A stretch of DNA of 64,000 bases. It comes from Spongospora subterranea f. sp. subterranea (taxonomy: Eukaryota). Both the position numbers and the translations under genes were made by a program. Of the stretch, positions 10,200 to 23,209 are shown piece by piece (the stretch's first letter is position 1; each line of letters starts with the position of its first letter). Location of the stretch: positions 1-64,000 of the forward strand of contig JAUGWO010000056.1 of NCBI GenBank assembly GCA_049724395.1, in the 5' to 3' direction. The notes beneath the pieces are model-generated. The model made no database searches. It was not told the origin of the DNA and was given only the letters and a program-made list of their open reading frames with translations.

Positions 10200-11710
10200 G
10201 CCAAACCCGCGCTTCGTCAGTGCAATGTCTCTGTGTCATCAAAATTTTTAAAACTGGCGCTTTGACGAATGGGGACATTAACATAGAAAATGCACGATCT
10301 GCTTGTGGGGTCCACAAAAAAGCGACTTTGTTTCTGGTCAAGGCAAGTATAATGTCATGATCCAAAAGTCTTAGGTATATAAGGACCCGAGAATGATGGC
10401 CTTGTGCCATCATAGTACCTTTTGGGTCAGTTGGTAAATGTGTATCTCGGGCGCAGTTCCTAACATATAAGGGATTACTTGTATTTTTTGTGATTGCGTT
10501 CAACACCTTGGTTTTAGGTCGGTTGTACCCATATCTACGCTTGGGCCATGGGGGAGCGCCTTCCGGGCACAAACTCACACGCTCGTGAGGAGAATATTTT
10601 CCGATGAACCCACGGTACAAGTTGACGAATCCGAGACAAAATCGTAACTGCTTAATCGAATGAGGAAGCGGACACGAATATCTGCAATTACCACCTGGGC
10701 GGACCCTCATTCTGTCAAGCAATTACCATCTTTTTTCGGATTCGCCAATCTTTACCGTGGATTCTATCGAGAACCATTTTCAATTCATGCCGTGACCAGA
10801 AACGTCGCTTCTGTGGTCCCCACTTGCAGATCGTGCATTCTCAATGTTGAAGTCCGCATTCGTCAAAGAGCCCGTTTTAAACATTTGGACCCAGCAAAGC
10901 TACAAAAGAAAATAATTTGACGTGACAAGGTAGAAGTGCAATAGGCGGAAGGTCATAGAAGAGATTTAGAGATGTGAAACTGGAGAAGGAATGAGATGGA
11001 TGAGGATGGGAGGAAGAGATGAGCCCTCTGAGCCAATTGCCCAAGAAGCAATAATATGTTCGGACAAACTGTCAGGGATCAAGGACTCACCAGTGCTTTG
11101 AACGACAGACGTTGACCGAACTGAGCATTTGTCGAGTTTGGATGGTATGCTTGAGTCGTTTATCTTCATGACAAGAATCATCTTGGCGGATTCACGAAAC
11201 ATGGGCAATTCGTAAACTCGGGAGGCCGTTTGTGAGGTCACGACATACCCACTTTAGAGACCGGCGATCGCGAGGAGCGAGAAGCGTCGAAAGTTGGACC
11301 AGGGAGATTGGGATGAAGACTTGGAATTCGAAGATGAGACCAGGGACGTCTTGATACGACGACTTCGACAGGATCCGGGAACGTTCAGGAGGGCGTTTGA
11401 TTCTGGACCTTGGCGCGGAAGAACCAGGAGCCCCTCAATAGTATTGGGTCAGTAACTGGCCGTTGACGACGAAAACAGGTGATGATGTTGGCGATTTAGG
11501 GGATCAGGAAAGAGACCTGGAATCTGTTTATTAACGGAGCGAGGTCGGGTTTGACCGGGACAGGATAAGAACATATGAGCGACCTTAGTCTTCAGCGCTA
11601 AGAACTTCGACAAAATGCGAAAACGCAGATAACCCTGTAGCCGAATTATGTGAATTGTTTGTAAACCCTGACTGGCACACGGCGGTCAGTAGTTCCCACG
11701 TCTTGGAAAT
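10200..11710. mobile_element. Degenerate Ty3/gypsy pol fragments on both strands
   Basis: LGFVNLYRGFIGKYS and FLWTPQADRAF...KAPVLK (-); WADPHSVKQLPSFFGFANLYRGF (+); integrase-like TTQAYHPNS and NNSHNSATGLS (-). Confidence 0.65.
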
Positions 11711-12269
11711 TGCTCATGCACATGACATACTGCCCTGGAACTTCGCAATAAACACCCACTTCTTGTTCAATTGCTGATGCGCATTTCGATTTAGACAAAT
11801 GCCCAACTTATATTCAGAAAAAAACGTTTGGAACTTCCCTCCAAATCTGAGTGCTGTCAGACCGCGAGGCCAGCTTCGAAGGGCTGATCACAAACGACAT
11901 TTTTTTTTAAAGTAGGTCAATTTTTTTCAAATTCAATGCCACGAACAATTCAAATATGATTTATTCAATAGAGTTTTCGAGAAATTCTTCAGCAGACGCA
12001 GGCCTAAGTTTGGGATATGATATCCGATGAGATTCATTCGTTTTCATCCTCGCCATCAAGTTTGTGGTCCCTTGACGCCCGCAACCGCAGCTCCTACTTC
12101 GAAGATCAAATTTGATACCACACGTGTGTTGAGAACTGGTATGGACTTCTTTCATGATATTTTTTTCCACTGAGAGCGGTTGCGGTGCGAGGCAATAAGG
12201 AGCATCGATAAAGGGAGAAGCTTTGGGGCGTTTTTTTTTAAATCTTGAATAAAATTAAGTTGAAAAATC

Positions 12270-12548
12270 CCAAGAACGGTTGGACGGGGAATTGGCCATG
12301 CAAGTACTGCAGAGACTCTATCGGTATCCATTCCAAAAAAATAATGATAATAATATGTCTTCAAGGAAGTGGATTCGTTATTGTTAAAATTAACATTTCT
12401 CAAGTTTGACAGAGATTCGATGTTTCCTTAAAAAGACTACGAACAAGGCTGATATGCTTGGCGTGTTGTGCTTTGGTTTCAGAATATATTATTATATTAT
12501 CGATATATGCGCTTTCCAATTTATCAATGAATTCAGCAAATACATCAT
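12270..12548 (-). mobile_element. Ty3/gypsy RT fragment (element A, continuation across the inversion)
   Basis: Minus strand reads DDVFAEFIDKLESAYIDNIIIYSETKAQHAKHI...VKLEKC...MDTDRVSAVLAWPIP, a degenerate YIDD region. Confidence 0.7.
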
Positions 12549-15515
12549 CGATGAAGCGTTGCTCGACGGTCCTGGCGATGAGCGATCACCTTTTTATGCA
12601 TCTGGTCTAAACTGCAACGTAATTCTTGAACAATATTTAGTAGAGTATCTGCCGAACACGGAACGGGAAGTAGTTTCTTTGATCGGGGGTCCCATATGGC
12701 ATCTAGAGCAGAACTAGGTTGTAAACCCGTGAAGAGTTGTATAGCCGAAGGGCGATCCTTTACAACTGTATGATTTAGGGCATAACGGATTAACGGGATC
12801 AAGCAGGGCCAGTCGGAAAATTTTAAACGAAACTCCGATATCAAAGCTCGAAAAACTCGCAATATGTGAGCATTGATTACCTCGATAGTACCGTTTGACC
12901 ACGGGCAGTAGGCAAGCGTGAAATGATGACGCACATGCAGATGAAGCGATAACTCCTCAATGACTTGATTTAGGAAATGCGATCCACGATCAGAAACCCA
13001 CGTAGTTACGACACCATAACGAGGAAACCAATCAACCAGACATTCAGCGGTGAAAAAATATGTCGGTTCTTCACATGGATATAAATCAATATAGGACGAT
13101 AAATCGTCCCGAATAACCAGCAGATATTTAAATGAAGATCGGGAAGGTGCAATGTATACGAAATCAAAATGAATGATCTGATTGGCACAAGATGCATGAA
13201 GAGCTTCGCCAAAAGGGCGAGGGATACTATTACCCCCAGCATTAACTGTGCAATGAAGGCATTGAAGGCAGAAACACGACACATGATCAATTAAAATGCC
13301 AGTCGATATATGGGTACTCGAGATGTAAACCTTCTTGATGATTCGGATATTTTAATCACCCGAGCTTTCAAATTTTCGTCTTTTAGAAGCCGATTTGAAA
13401 GGTTGACCTTGTCAGCATCCGACGATATGCGTCGAGATGCGTTGTACCGGTGCTTAACTGGAGCGGCTCAAGATCGCGCTTTCAATGAGCCGGTGATGTC
13501 GTCGTCGCTTTTGCTCGATAAGATGGCCGTCTGGTACGCTTCTACTGCTGATCCTGGGACGCTGGCGGATGCCCTCCGAAACAAGTTGGAAAATTCTTTA
13601 CCGCTGATAGTTGTGATAGATAAGATTGCACTCTGCTAATTCATGCACTAACGTCTGAAGATACTGAGAGGCCAACGGAGACATACGTCGTGGTTTCGCA
13701 AAAATCGGAATGGAACCCGGTTTCAAAACTAACTCCAAGGGTGTGACTTTAACAGGCGGATCCTTTCCCAGACGAATACGAAAAATGTCAATAAATTCGG
13801 TAAGCAAAACACCAAGATCTTTGGAAAACTCAGGAGGAGCCCCCATGTTTACAGTTTGTTGAACACGATCATTTAAGACTTGTCGAAGTTCTGCGTCATT
13901 GTTGTCTCCCAAAATACTTTCCGGAAAGTCCTTGTCCATGTCATCTTGGCAATCAGGTTCCTTTTCACTTTCTTTGATAGCCAGCGAGCATAGCTGGGAT
14001 TCAACATCAGTTCCCAATCGGCGTAACAGAGGTCTTCCCAATAAAACTTCAGGCATCTCGTCATCAATTACATAAAACCGTTGCGCACGAAATTATTGGC
14101 CCCGCATTAGTAAAAATTGTGACATCCAGAAGACAACTTTTCTTACAAGCGAGATAGGTAGTATTCGCTAAACGTAACTGAAGTTTTTCCGACCGAACAG
14201 GGACTGTGGACAGACTCCGAAAATGGTTTGACCCAATTATTACCAAATCGGCACCGTCATCCACAGCTGCGCGAAACGTTTCCGAAATAGTGGTTCCAGA
14301 CGACAGTAGAACTTCAAAGCCTCCTTTCTCTACCGAATGGTTATGAATTGTGTTGTTGACTCGCGACATTCGAGAATGCTCACGAACTCGGGCATCCTGC
14401 TTATCCGAAGCAGGAAGGTCGAAAGCAACATGGGGACGGGACGTTCTCACAGCAGACTGACCTCTGGGAAGTTGCGATTGTTTCCATCGGAAGTTGTTGG
14501 AGGCTTCGTCTTCTGCAGCAATAATCGCTTTCAATATCGATAAAGCTTCGTTTGCCAAGGCAAACATTTCCGACAGCTTCAATACTTTCCTCGCGTTGAG
14601 TCGTAACAATTCAGCATAAAGCCGAGAAATAAGCGACAGCAATTTGACTCAGACATGGAAAAATCCGGTAAAAAATGTTTCGCTTTGATGGAAATACTGA
14701 GAGTATCTTAGAATATAATCCGGTAGTGATTCTCTTTCATTCGGTAAAGAATTTTCCAACTTGTTTCGGAGGGCATCCTCCAGCGTCCCAGGATCAGCAG
14801 TAGAAGCGTACCAGACGGCCATCTTATCGAGCAAAAGCGACGACGACATCACCGGCTCATTGAAAGCGCGATCTTGAGCCGCTCCAGTTAAGCACCGGTA
14901 CAACGCATCTCGACGCATATCGTCGGATGCTGACAAGGTCAACCTTTCAAATCGGCTTCTAAAAGACGAAAATTTGAAAGCTCGGGTGATAAAAATATCC
15001 GAATCATCAAGAAGGTTTACATCTCGAGTACCCATATATCGACTTGCATCGTCAGATGAAACAATATCCGAGAACTTCGGTAAATCTGAAAAATTAATGG
15101 GCTTTGAAGTTTCAGTTACCACATTTTCAGTCGACTTCGATTTATCCGAAAACCCATTCATTAACGCCATCATTTGCTCCGTCAAAAGTTGATTTTGGCG
15201 AGTTTGCTCGAATAAAAGCTCGATTAGTCGTTGCTGGTCAGACGCGGCTTCAGCCGTTGCAGAGATCGCTTTTTGCTCCTCATCAATATCAGTAGTCACT
15301 TCAAGTTCAGGTGAATTTCTAGTCTTCATTTTCGTCGATAGTGCTGGGTTGAAGCGTTATTGGCCAATATTGCGCCCGGCAACTATCGGGGACACCGATC
15401 CCCGACAACCGCTAAACGACGGGTACGACGACGACGAAAAAACTAGACTGGTTTATTACACCGGAAAAAAGCTCCATAAACATGCGCCACGGTGACAGCG
15501 CTGACTGGCGCTACA
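12549..15515 (-). mobile_element. Chromovirus-type gypsy element B: 5' LTR, gag, protease, integrase core; RT/RNase H deleted
   Basis: LTR begins tgtagcgcc at 15515. Gag-like ORF 14649-15329; protease AVDDGAD...EVLLGRPLL; pre-RT FRIRLGKDPPVKVTPL; integrase IHFDF...VSDRGSHF...YCPWSNGTIE (12545-13282). Confidence 0.88.
13301..13603 (+). repeat. Inverted duplication of about 300 bp of gag (14742-15044) replacing RT/RNase H
   Basis: ORF 13310-13639 reproduces MGTRDVNLLDDSD...RNKLENSL of gag on the opposite strand. Confidence 0.9.
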
Positions 15516-15525
15516 TGAATATCTT

Positions 15526-16600
15526 TTGAAAATGAGTGTCGCAGGAAAACTTGCTCGCGGTTCAATCTTGTTGGCAAGTCGCCAATTTTCTGTTGCCAAA
15601 AAAACTGTCAGTCGAATCTGGAATCAAGGCGAAAAGTCTTCTATCCTTGGAACAGGCCCAGCAGATGTTTCATCCAAAAAACGAGGCCGTGTTGGAAGGA
15701 AGAAAACGGTCATCACGCCGGAGCAAGTAAAACAAATTCCATTGCAGCAGCGAACAAATATTCGATCAATCGCTTTTGCTCTGAATGTATCAGTCTCTAC
15801 TGTTCATAATCGGATTCAACAAGGCATTCTTAAACCTCATTCGAACGCTTTGAAACCATATTTAACTGAAGCTAATAAGCTTGAAAGACTCAGATTCTGT
15901 ATCTCGATGGTGAACATATATGAACCCGCAGAACCAGTCTTCCATGACATGATGAATGTGGTACACATTGACGAGAAGTGGTTTTTCATGACAGAAACAA
16001 ACAAGCGAATTTACTTAGCATCCGATGAGACTGAGCCTTACCGCAAGTGTAAAAGTAAGCGGTTTATAGAGAAGATAATGTTTATGGCAGCAGTTGCAAG
16101 ACCAAGATGGGACAGGTCGCGGAACCGATGGTTTTTGTTTTCAAAGAGCCTGCCAAAAGGAGCAGCAAGAATCGTCCTGCAGGCACTATGGTGACTAAAC
16201 CCATTGAATCAGTTAACAAGGATGTGATCCGAAGACATTTGATTCATGACATTATGCCTGCAATTCGTTCGAAATGGCCCCGGGACTGGTCGCAGCCGAT
16301 CTTTTTGCAACAGGACAATGCAAAACCCCACCTCGATCCATCTGATGAAGAATTTAACGTGGACGCGGCCAAAGACGGATTTGAAATCAAATTAACGTTC
16401 CAGCCAGCAAATAGTCCAGACCTGAACGTTTTAGATTGGGATTTTTTCGGGCCATTCAGTCCTTGCAGTACCAAAAGTCTCCAAAGACCATTGATGACCT
16501 AATCAAGGCAGTAGCAGATTCATATGACGAAATTGATCGTGATACGCTAAATAATACTTATATTGCACTGAGCGAGGATTGCGAATCGCAGTTTAGGGGT
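15526..16600 (+). mobile_element. Tc1/mariner transposase pseudogene, plant-type DD39D clade
   Basis: VHIDEKWF, MFMAAVARPR, QQDNAKPH, QPANSPDLNVLD. I count 39 residues between the 2nd and 3rd catalytic D. Two frameshifts. Confidence 0.88.
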
Positions 16601-16850
16601 GCGGATCACGTCATATGCCGAATCGATTTTCTCTTCATCTAGTGTCTTCTGTTTCAGTTTCAACAATGCAATCTTCGAGGTGGGGATTATTTCTACATAT
16701 AATTAACGGTTCAATTATCTCTGATGGTTTTTATTTAGTCAACTATCGCCTAGCACTTATGCTGCCGTCGCTGAGATGGCTGTATGGGAAAGGTGTTTTA
16801 TTCTAATCGCATACTGTTCTTCACCTTAACTCCTCTATAGTGATTCATCA

Positions 16851-17138
16851 GTCCATCGCAAATTCGCTCGCCCGGTGATGTTTATCCATGCGATAGTGCC
16901 TCTTTTGATGCGAGGTACATTAATAGCTTTGTTGTCTTCATAATGGTTCATTAATTCTTGTACTCAGTCGTTGTCCATCGCAAATTCGCTCGCCTGGTGA
17001 TGTTTATCCATGCGATAGTGCCTCTTTTGATGCGAGGTATATTAATAGCTTTGTTGTCTTCATAATAATTCATTAATTCTTGTACTCAGTCGTTGTCCAT
17101 CGCAAATTCGCTCGCCCGGTGATGTTTATCCAGGCGAT
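16851..17138 (+). repeat. Tandem repeat, 122-bp unit, about 2.4 copies
   Basis: gtccatcgcaaattcgctcgc recurs at 16851, 16973 and 17095. Confidence 0.9.
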
Positions 17139-17225
17139 ACATTCATGGTCTACCAAGATCTGCTGTCCAAAATCTAAACTTTTGCGAGGTCACAGAATTT
17201 TCACGTCAACCGAAGCCCGCATCGA

Positions 17226-18068
17226 ATGGATGCTCAGCGGGCAGTGAAATTGTTTGGGGTAGAGTCAATTATCCAGCGCGGACGGTTTTATTGCAGACAC
17301 GCTGCTTGTCCGTATCAAGTCTTGTTCACTTACGATTTTGCCAAAAACGTGTACATCATCAAGGAAAAGGGGTTCCGTCCCACACATTCCCACCCTTTGA
17401 ACGCGGTCGTCAGTGTGCGAGGGGTCTCGTTTGCTCAAGTTCAACAAGACCTTACGCCGCAAGAGCTATATTTGATTCGGCAAGCCGGCCCAGCGTTGTG
17501 TTTGCCGCAATTGCGGAAGATGATGCATTGTTTTTTTGAAAATAGAGAATACTCTAGTCAGCTCCTTCATCGCGTGGTGGCCGAAGCGAAAAGAGAGATT
17601 TATGGGAATGACCCCGATTCCATTAACGAATTTATGAAATTTGCGGCGAAACTAATATCCGGAGAAGGTGTTTTCCACATAGGATACGACATTTCAGCAA
17701 GAATTGTCAGCGCCATTATCCAATTTCCATGCATGGTGCCATACGCTCTGCAGTACGGAGATTTCACTATCGCCGATGCCACCTTCAACATTTCTGCTTA
17801 CAACCTTGTGTTGATTGTATTCACAAATGTTGATTGCTTAGGCAAGAGCACGATATCTGCAATAACCCTAGCACCGTCGGAAACCGCTTCTATTATCGAA
17901 GAAAGCCTGCAGTTGTGTAGCCTTGCTCAGCCGGAATCGACATTGATGTCGGACGGGGCAGTCGCGTACTATACTGTTTCGGAAAGCCTCAACAATATTT
18001 TGCGTGTGTTGAAAGAATTCAAGTTTAAAATAAATGCTGAACCCTATTTGCTACATGGAATAAAATAG
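17226..18068 (+). mobile_element. MULE/Mutator (FAR1-like) transposase, truncated
   Basis: FYCRHAACPY...HSHPL Zn finger; YGDFTIADATFN...VDCLGKSTI...LMSDG catalytic region. Ends in the dispersed repeat. Confidence 0.8.
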
Positions 18069-18308
18069 AGTAGTTTGCGATTGAGTCTTTCCAAAGTACT
18101 CGCAGTGCTTTTGATGTTAACGCTTTCGAAAAGACGTCTCGGCATATCATAGTTAACCAGTTTCCGAGAGATCCGATACCACTGTATACTGAAGGTCTAT
18201 GGAGCGCACTGTGCGATATAGTTTTGCAATGAATTGACTGTGTCACAGTCATTAGTGTACCTTATTGTCCAAGCATCTCGCGCGGTTGAACCGCGCGCGG
18301 TAGAAAAA
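18020..18308 (+). repeat. About 290-bp dispersed repeat (copy of 9501-9793)
   Basis: Reverse-complement match to 9501-9793. Confidence 0.8.
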
Positions 18309-18829
18309 AGCCACCGCACATTGTGGGTCACCCGGTCATGACCCAGTCTACTAGGGGCAAATTTATTCACAAACTAAAATTCTTTTGATGCCAAAAATCG
18401 CGGAAACGTAATACTATGCGCGCATTTAAATTTTTATGCATATTTTTTGCTACGTGACACAAACCGCGTAACAATTTTTCTCAGACGAAAACTTGAACTG
18501 AATATCGTTATCAAAGTCATGTGAAATTTATGGACCAGTTGCGAACTTGCGATCACATTAACTCAACAATAATTGCACAAAAATTCCCACGGAGATTTGT
18601 ATTGGCACCAACAAAAAAGTTCCTACCTGAAAATATACTCTAGCAATGGATAGATCTCATCAAGCAATGACCTTCGTAGAAAAAAATCTGAAGCCCGTGA
18701 TAGACTTCCAACTTATGAGGCGATCCCATGTTTTGAAGCCTCTATGGTGGAAAATCAAATTTGATCAAAGCCCATTGGGACACGGGGGAACTTCCCTGCG
18801 GAGCACCAAATGTGGTGTTTGGCCTTGAA

Positions 18830-20486
18830 CCCAAGTCGCATCATTACAAATCAGCTGCCTATTTTTCCAGAGGTTCGTTCCTCGCTATCCGGAGCTGCAA
18901 GATTGCGAAACTACTCCGGAAGCAAGGATTCAATCGACTTAGCAGTCATCGATGTTAAATGAACACCAATAGCTTTCTTACATTCGATGCCCCAACATTT
19001 AATGGTAGCTGAATTAAGCAGTTAGTGTTAACATTAAAGGAGCAACAACCACCGTGCCAACCTTTGGGGAGTGCGAACACTTTCGAAGTCAGTTGATAAT
19101 CGCGGCGACCCAATTTTGGGTATTTTGCAGGTTGAAATATCAAGCTAACATCTAATTGAGAGCCTTCTTTCGCCATGCCCTCAAAAAGCTCCGAATCATC
19201 AACTTAAATATGCGGCTTGGCATTATTTTGTTGTTCTATAAATATCGGCTGATCAACATCGTAAGCTAATGGCCATTTGTCGCGTATTGCAGGTAACAGT
19301 TGTTCTAACAGACATTTCCTGTATATTTCCTTGTTCACCTTAACACCGTTGGTTATCAACGTCCTTGCGAGACGGTTCTTGCTGGATTTCTTGGCTGGGG
19401 ATATTTCTATAAGGGCTAGATACCGATCTTGCCATCAAAAACAACACTCTCATTGCTCCCGAAGATCGGTCTGACCACTGCCGCCAAAAACATCACCTGG
19501 AGAACGAAATTCTTATCGTGACATGTTCTCGTTGGCTCTTCCTCATCTGGCAGAAGATAGTAACGCTCAGCGTCTTGAGTCACGTAGAACCATTTTTCAT
19601 CAATGTGAATGGTGTCGAACACTGGCGAGAATCGTGAAGTTTCATTATTCAAACTGGCGATTTGTATGTGATGTAAACAGAGTCGTATTCTTTCGATCTT
19701 GTTAACTGGATAGAGTCTTGGCTTTAACCGATGGGTATGCCGTTTCAACAACCCCTCTTTGATTCTTTTGAATATGACAGTAGTGGACACTTTCAAGGCT
19801 TGCGCTAAGGAACGTATAATTTTCCTTTTTTTAAGTTCTATGGCCCGAACCGCTTCTTCGTCCAGAAGAATCTTTTTCGTCCAACTCGTGTTATTTTTTT
19901 CAGAGAGAACATTCGATTGTCTACATTCTACGACGCAACGCTTATGTCTGTACCAGATTCTTTGAAGTGTTTTCCTGTTCAGATTAAAATTAATGCCGAA
20001 GCTGATTCCGAAATCGACCCTTTTTTTAGCTTTCCGCAGTTGCTTTTCATCAGTAGTTCCTCAAACACCTGCTGTCTGCGCGCATCTTCCAATTCGGCTT
20101 TGAATTTTGACGATGTTGACGCTCAGGGAGTATTGGATTCTGGACGATGTATAGGGCTCGCTACCTGATTCTGACGGTCTTCCATATCAATGTGATGTCA
20201 TTTAATGATAATATCATCTCGGGATACTGCACTGTTTTTATCATACCGCCTACATACAGCTCACTATCATTACAATGACCATACAACCCTTGATGGGCGT
20301 TTGAAGACGTCAAATTAAAATTTAGAATGGTGAACCTCTAGGAACCCAAATGCTTTTTGTTATTGAACATTTATAGAGTTTCATGCTAGGATCCACACTA
20401 CCTGGTTTATTTACAAACTACGCGGAAAACATCCATAAGGGGTGGACTGAACCCAAAGTGGACACTTAAAAAAAACGGAGGGAGTA
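18830..20486 (-). mobile_element. Second degenerate DD39D mariner with one intact TIR end
   Basis: IHIDEKWFYVT, VMFLAAVVRP, QQNNAKPH, FQPAKYPKL. acggagggag+TA at 20475-20486 is the reverse complement of TA-CTCCCTCCGT, the plant-mariner/Stowaway TIR start. Confidence 0.8.
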
Positions 20487-21507
20487 TTAAACAATCATTT
20501 TCATGTGTGTACGCTCCACCGCATTCTCGTATTCCTTGTGCACCCTCGCGCCTGATCTAGGTCACGATTGTACATGAGATAACCGTTTTGGAGCGACGGC
20601 ACTTGAAAGCTGGATCAATAGTTGTCACGATTTATGATTTTGCCAGAACGGGTATTGGTTAGGTTGATCTCTGTACACGATGGGACATCCCAAATCCGTC
20701 CCAGTATGATGTCGTATAAAATCGTGTATGAATGTCGCGCATGGAGCTGAATGGGTCCCCTTTTCGACGATCTGATCGAGGAGGGTTCTGATTATCCCAC
20801 TCTATATGTGATTAACTGCCATGAACGAGGTTAAATGCTTACAATAAACAACACTTTGTAAAAGTTCTGTTGCGGTTGATTTGCATCCTGGAAAAAATCC
20901 ATCTTCTGAAGCCCCTTTTGGGCAATTGCCTCAAAGATTTATATTAGCCAATGCTTTCTCGTGTTCGACGAGTTTACTCTGAACCATTGATTCGATTTCC
21001 CTAACGACGCTCTAGTCTCTGAACAAGAAGACAGTACCATTATTTAACAATCGCCTCCACAAGTATAACGCCTTCAGCCAATTCATTTTTTGGTTCTTTG
21101 GTGAAAACGCACACATACGACTTGGCGCAATCGGCATGATCCTGACGCAGGTTCTGTATATTACTCGCTCTGTTCCGTTTATGGACTGTCCCATTTCACA
21201 AACTTTTGTTCATTTTCGTCCTTTTTTTTGCAAAAATTGCCGCGTACTTTGTTGTAAAGATTCTGCCGAGATCTCTAATTCCCTGAATGGATTTAATGGT
21301 TCGTCGGATAATGGTATGGTATAGTATACCAAAGTTCTCGGGGTCTTATAGGTCGGGTAATCCTGTGTACTACTCTACCTGGTTTCCCTACTTCCGCCTG
21401 GCCACTACTGTCTACAAGTAGAGTGGGTATCCACTGAAGGAACCTATTTACAGTAGACCAGCTGTATTCACCCCCATAACCTGCCTAACGACCACACCGA
21501 ATGGGAC

Positions 21508-22440
21508 CTACACCCCCCAATTACATTGCCTATCCAGAGTTATCGAGTTTACTGCCAGGCAGTTCACTCGCCCATATTCATTAGGGCCATGTGGTATAAA
21601 GCTGCCTGTTTTTTCTGCTTTGCGCAAGATTTTTGTCATGGCCTTCTCATGGCTCCAAATTGCTGTGTTGAACGTAGTTACCGGGAGTGTCTTGTAGTGT
21701 GGTCTGCATTTCTTGAGTCGGCTTTTGAATATTTCGCATTGTAATACTTGATGTTCGATTGTTTCGGGATGTTTGTCGCAGTGCCAGCACTTGTTCGTAT
21801 CTTCCATTCTAATGTTGCTGAGGTGCTGCCTTATGACCAGTTTGCGCTCTGTTAATCAGCATGTGTGGCGTTGATTCACCTGGTAGTTTGCGAAACGGGT
21901 CTTTATCTGGGTAGTTTGGGAAGTGACTGCGTTTGAGTACTGTTGTAAATGACCTCTTTCGTATTTCTCATGTTGAAGTTCAAAGGAAGATAGAAATGGT
22001 CTATGCTCCATTTTCCCAAAAACGGGCACAATTCCGGAGAATTTACTTTCCAAGAAATACTTGGTCTGGTGAACGCACGTTATCACAATATCCCACGAGG
22101 GAAAGCATCACATCGTCCAGCGCTTCCATTTCAGCATCGGAGTAACTAAAAATAGACACCCAGAAAGGGGCGCCCCATATTGTCGTAAATATTGCCCCAC
22201 GGAACGCTCAGAGAATTGAAAAGCGGGACGGTCCTTGCCGTGAATCAGGAGCTCGAGGACGAAGTGGTAACATATTTCTGACACCCAAGAACCAACAAGT
22301 AGGTCAAGAGGACGTATGAGAACGGCTTCCCAAAGCAGCAATCCTTAGCCATATGCCGGCTATAGTTTTTGTATGGAGCTGTCGAGTCCGAAAAAGCGTT
22401 TACGGCAATTTGGTTTTTGAGGCGAAAAATAAACAATTTT
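21508..22440 (-). mobile_element. Degenerate non-LTR retrotransposon 3' fragment
   Basis: KCWHCDKHPETIEHQVLQC zinc knuckle, typical of the LINE ORF2 C-terminus. Upstream frames are broken. Confidence 0.6.
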
Positions 22441-23209
22441 TTTAAAAAAAGCTTGATGTCGTTCAGAATTAATGAGTCAAGCCAGATTTATTGTTTTGAC
22501 AGAAAAAGCTGTGCCCTCAGACACAATCTCAGGTGTTCAAAATCGTAGCCGGCTACGGAGTGCGGATCAGGGTTAGCCGGTTATTTACACCATCGTGGAG
22601 CTCTCTCGACCGATGGCCAATGGGGTGGTCATTCTCATCCCCGTGACGGACTTCGAGACAGTTTGTCGCAAATCAAATGAGAGTGATTTTCAAATGGAAG
22701 CCGTACGGCATCAGATGATTGCGCTGGTAGCGTCCTCATCCACCCTTGGCGCTGTATCCAAGTACTTTTCAAAATGGAACAACAGATAACTTCAAAAATT
22801 GAACGAAGAGTCCAATTTCATCGCCAACCTAATGACAGCGCCTGGGTGTGATATTGAAATACAGGGGCTGTATTATGATGAATAGCTTGTCCGGTGAACC
22901 ACAATCACATGTCAGGGCTCCAACCCATACATAACAGAACTCCTAAGCGTCGTATTCAACTACTGCGCCTACCTGATGGTTTCCCTGAAAGTTGGAACCT
23001 GACCCCGTAATACAGCGCCTAGGTAGGCGTTTGCAATCAAAGACCATGGTTATATAAGGATATTATTCGGTCATAACGCCCAGGCGTTGTATTCGGGTGA
23101 AGACGGTGATGAGCTAGCCGGTGGGACATAAGTTATGTTGTGGGCGGCAACGGCACGGCACGGTGACACATAGGTCCGATATGGCATGACGGCCAAGTTC
23201 ATTTGACCA

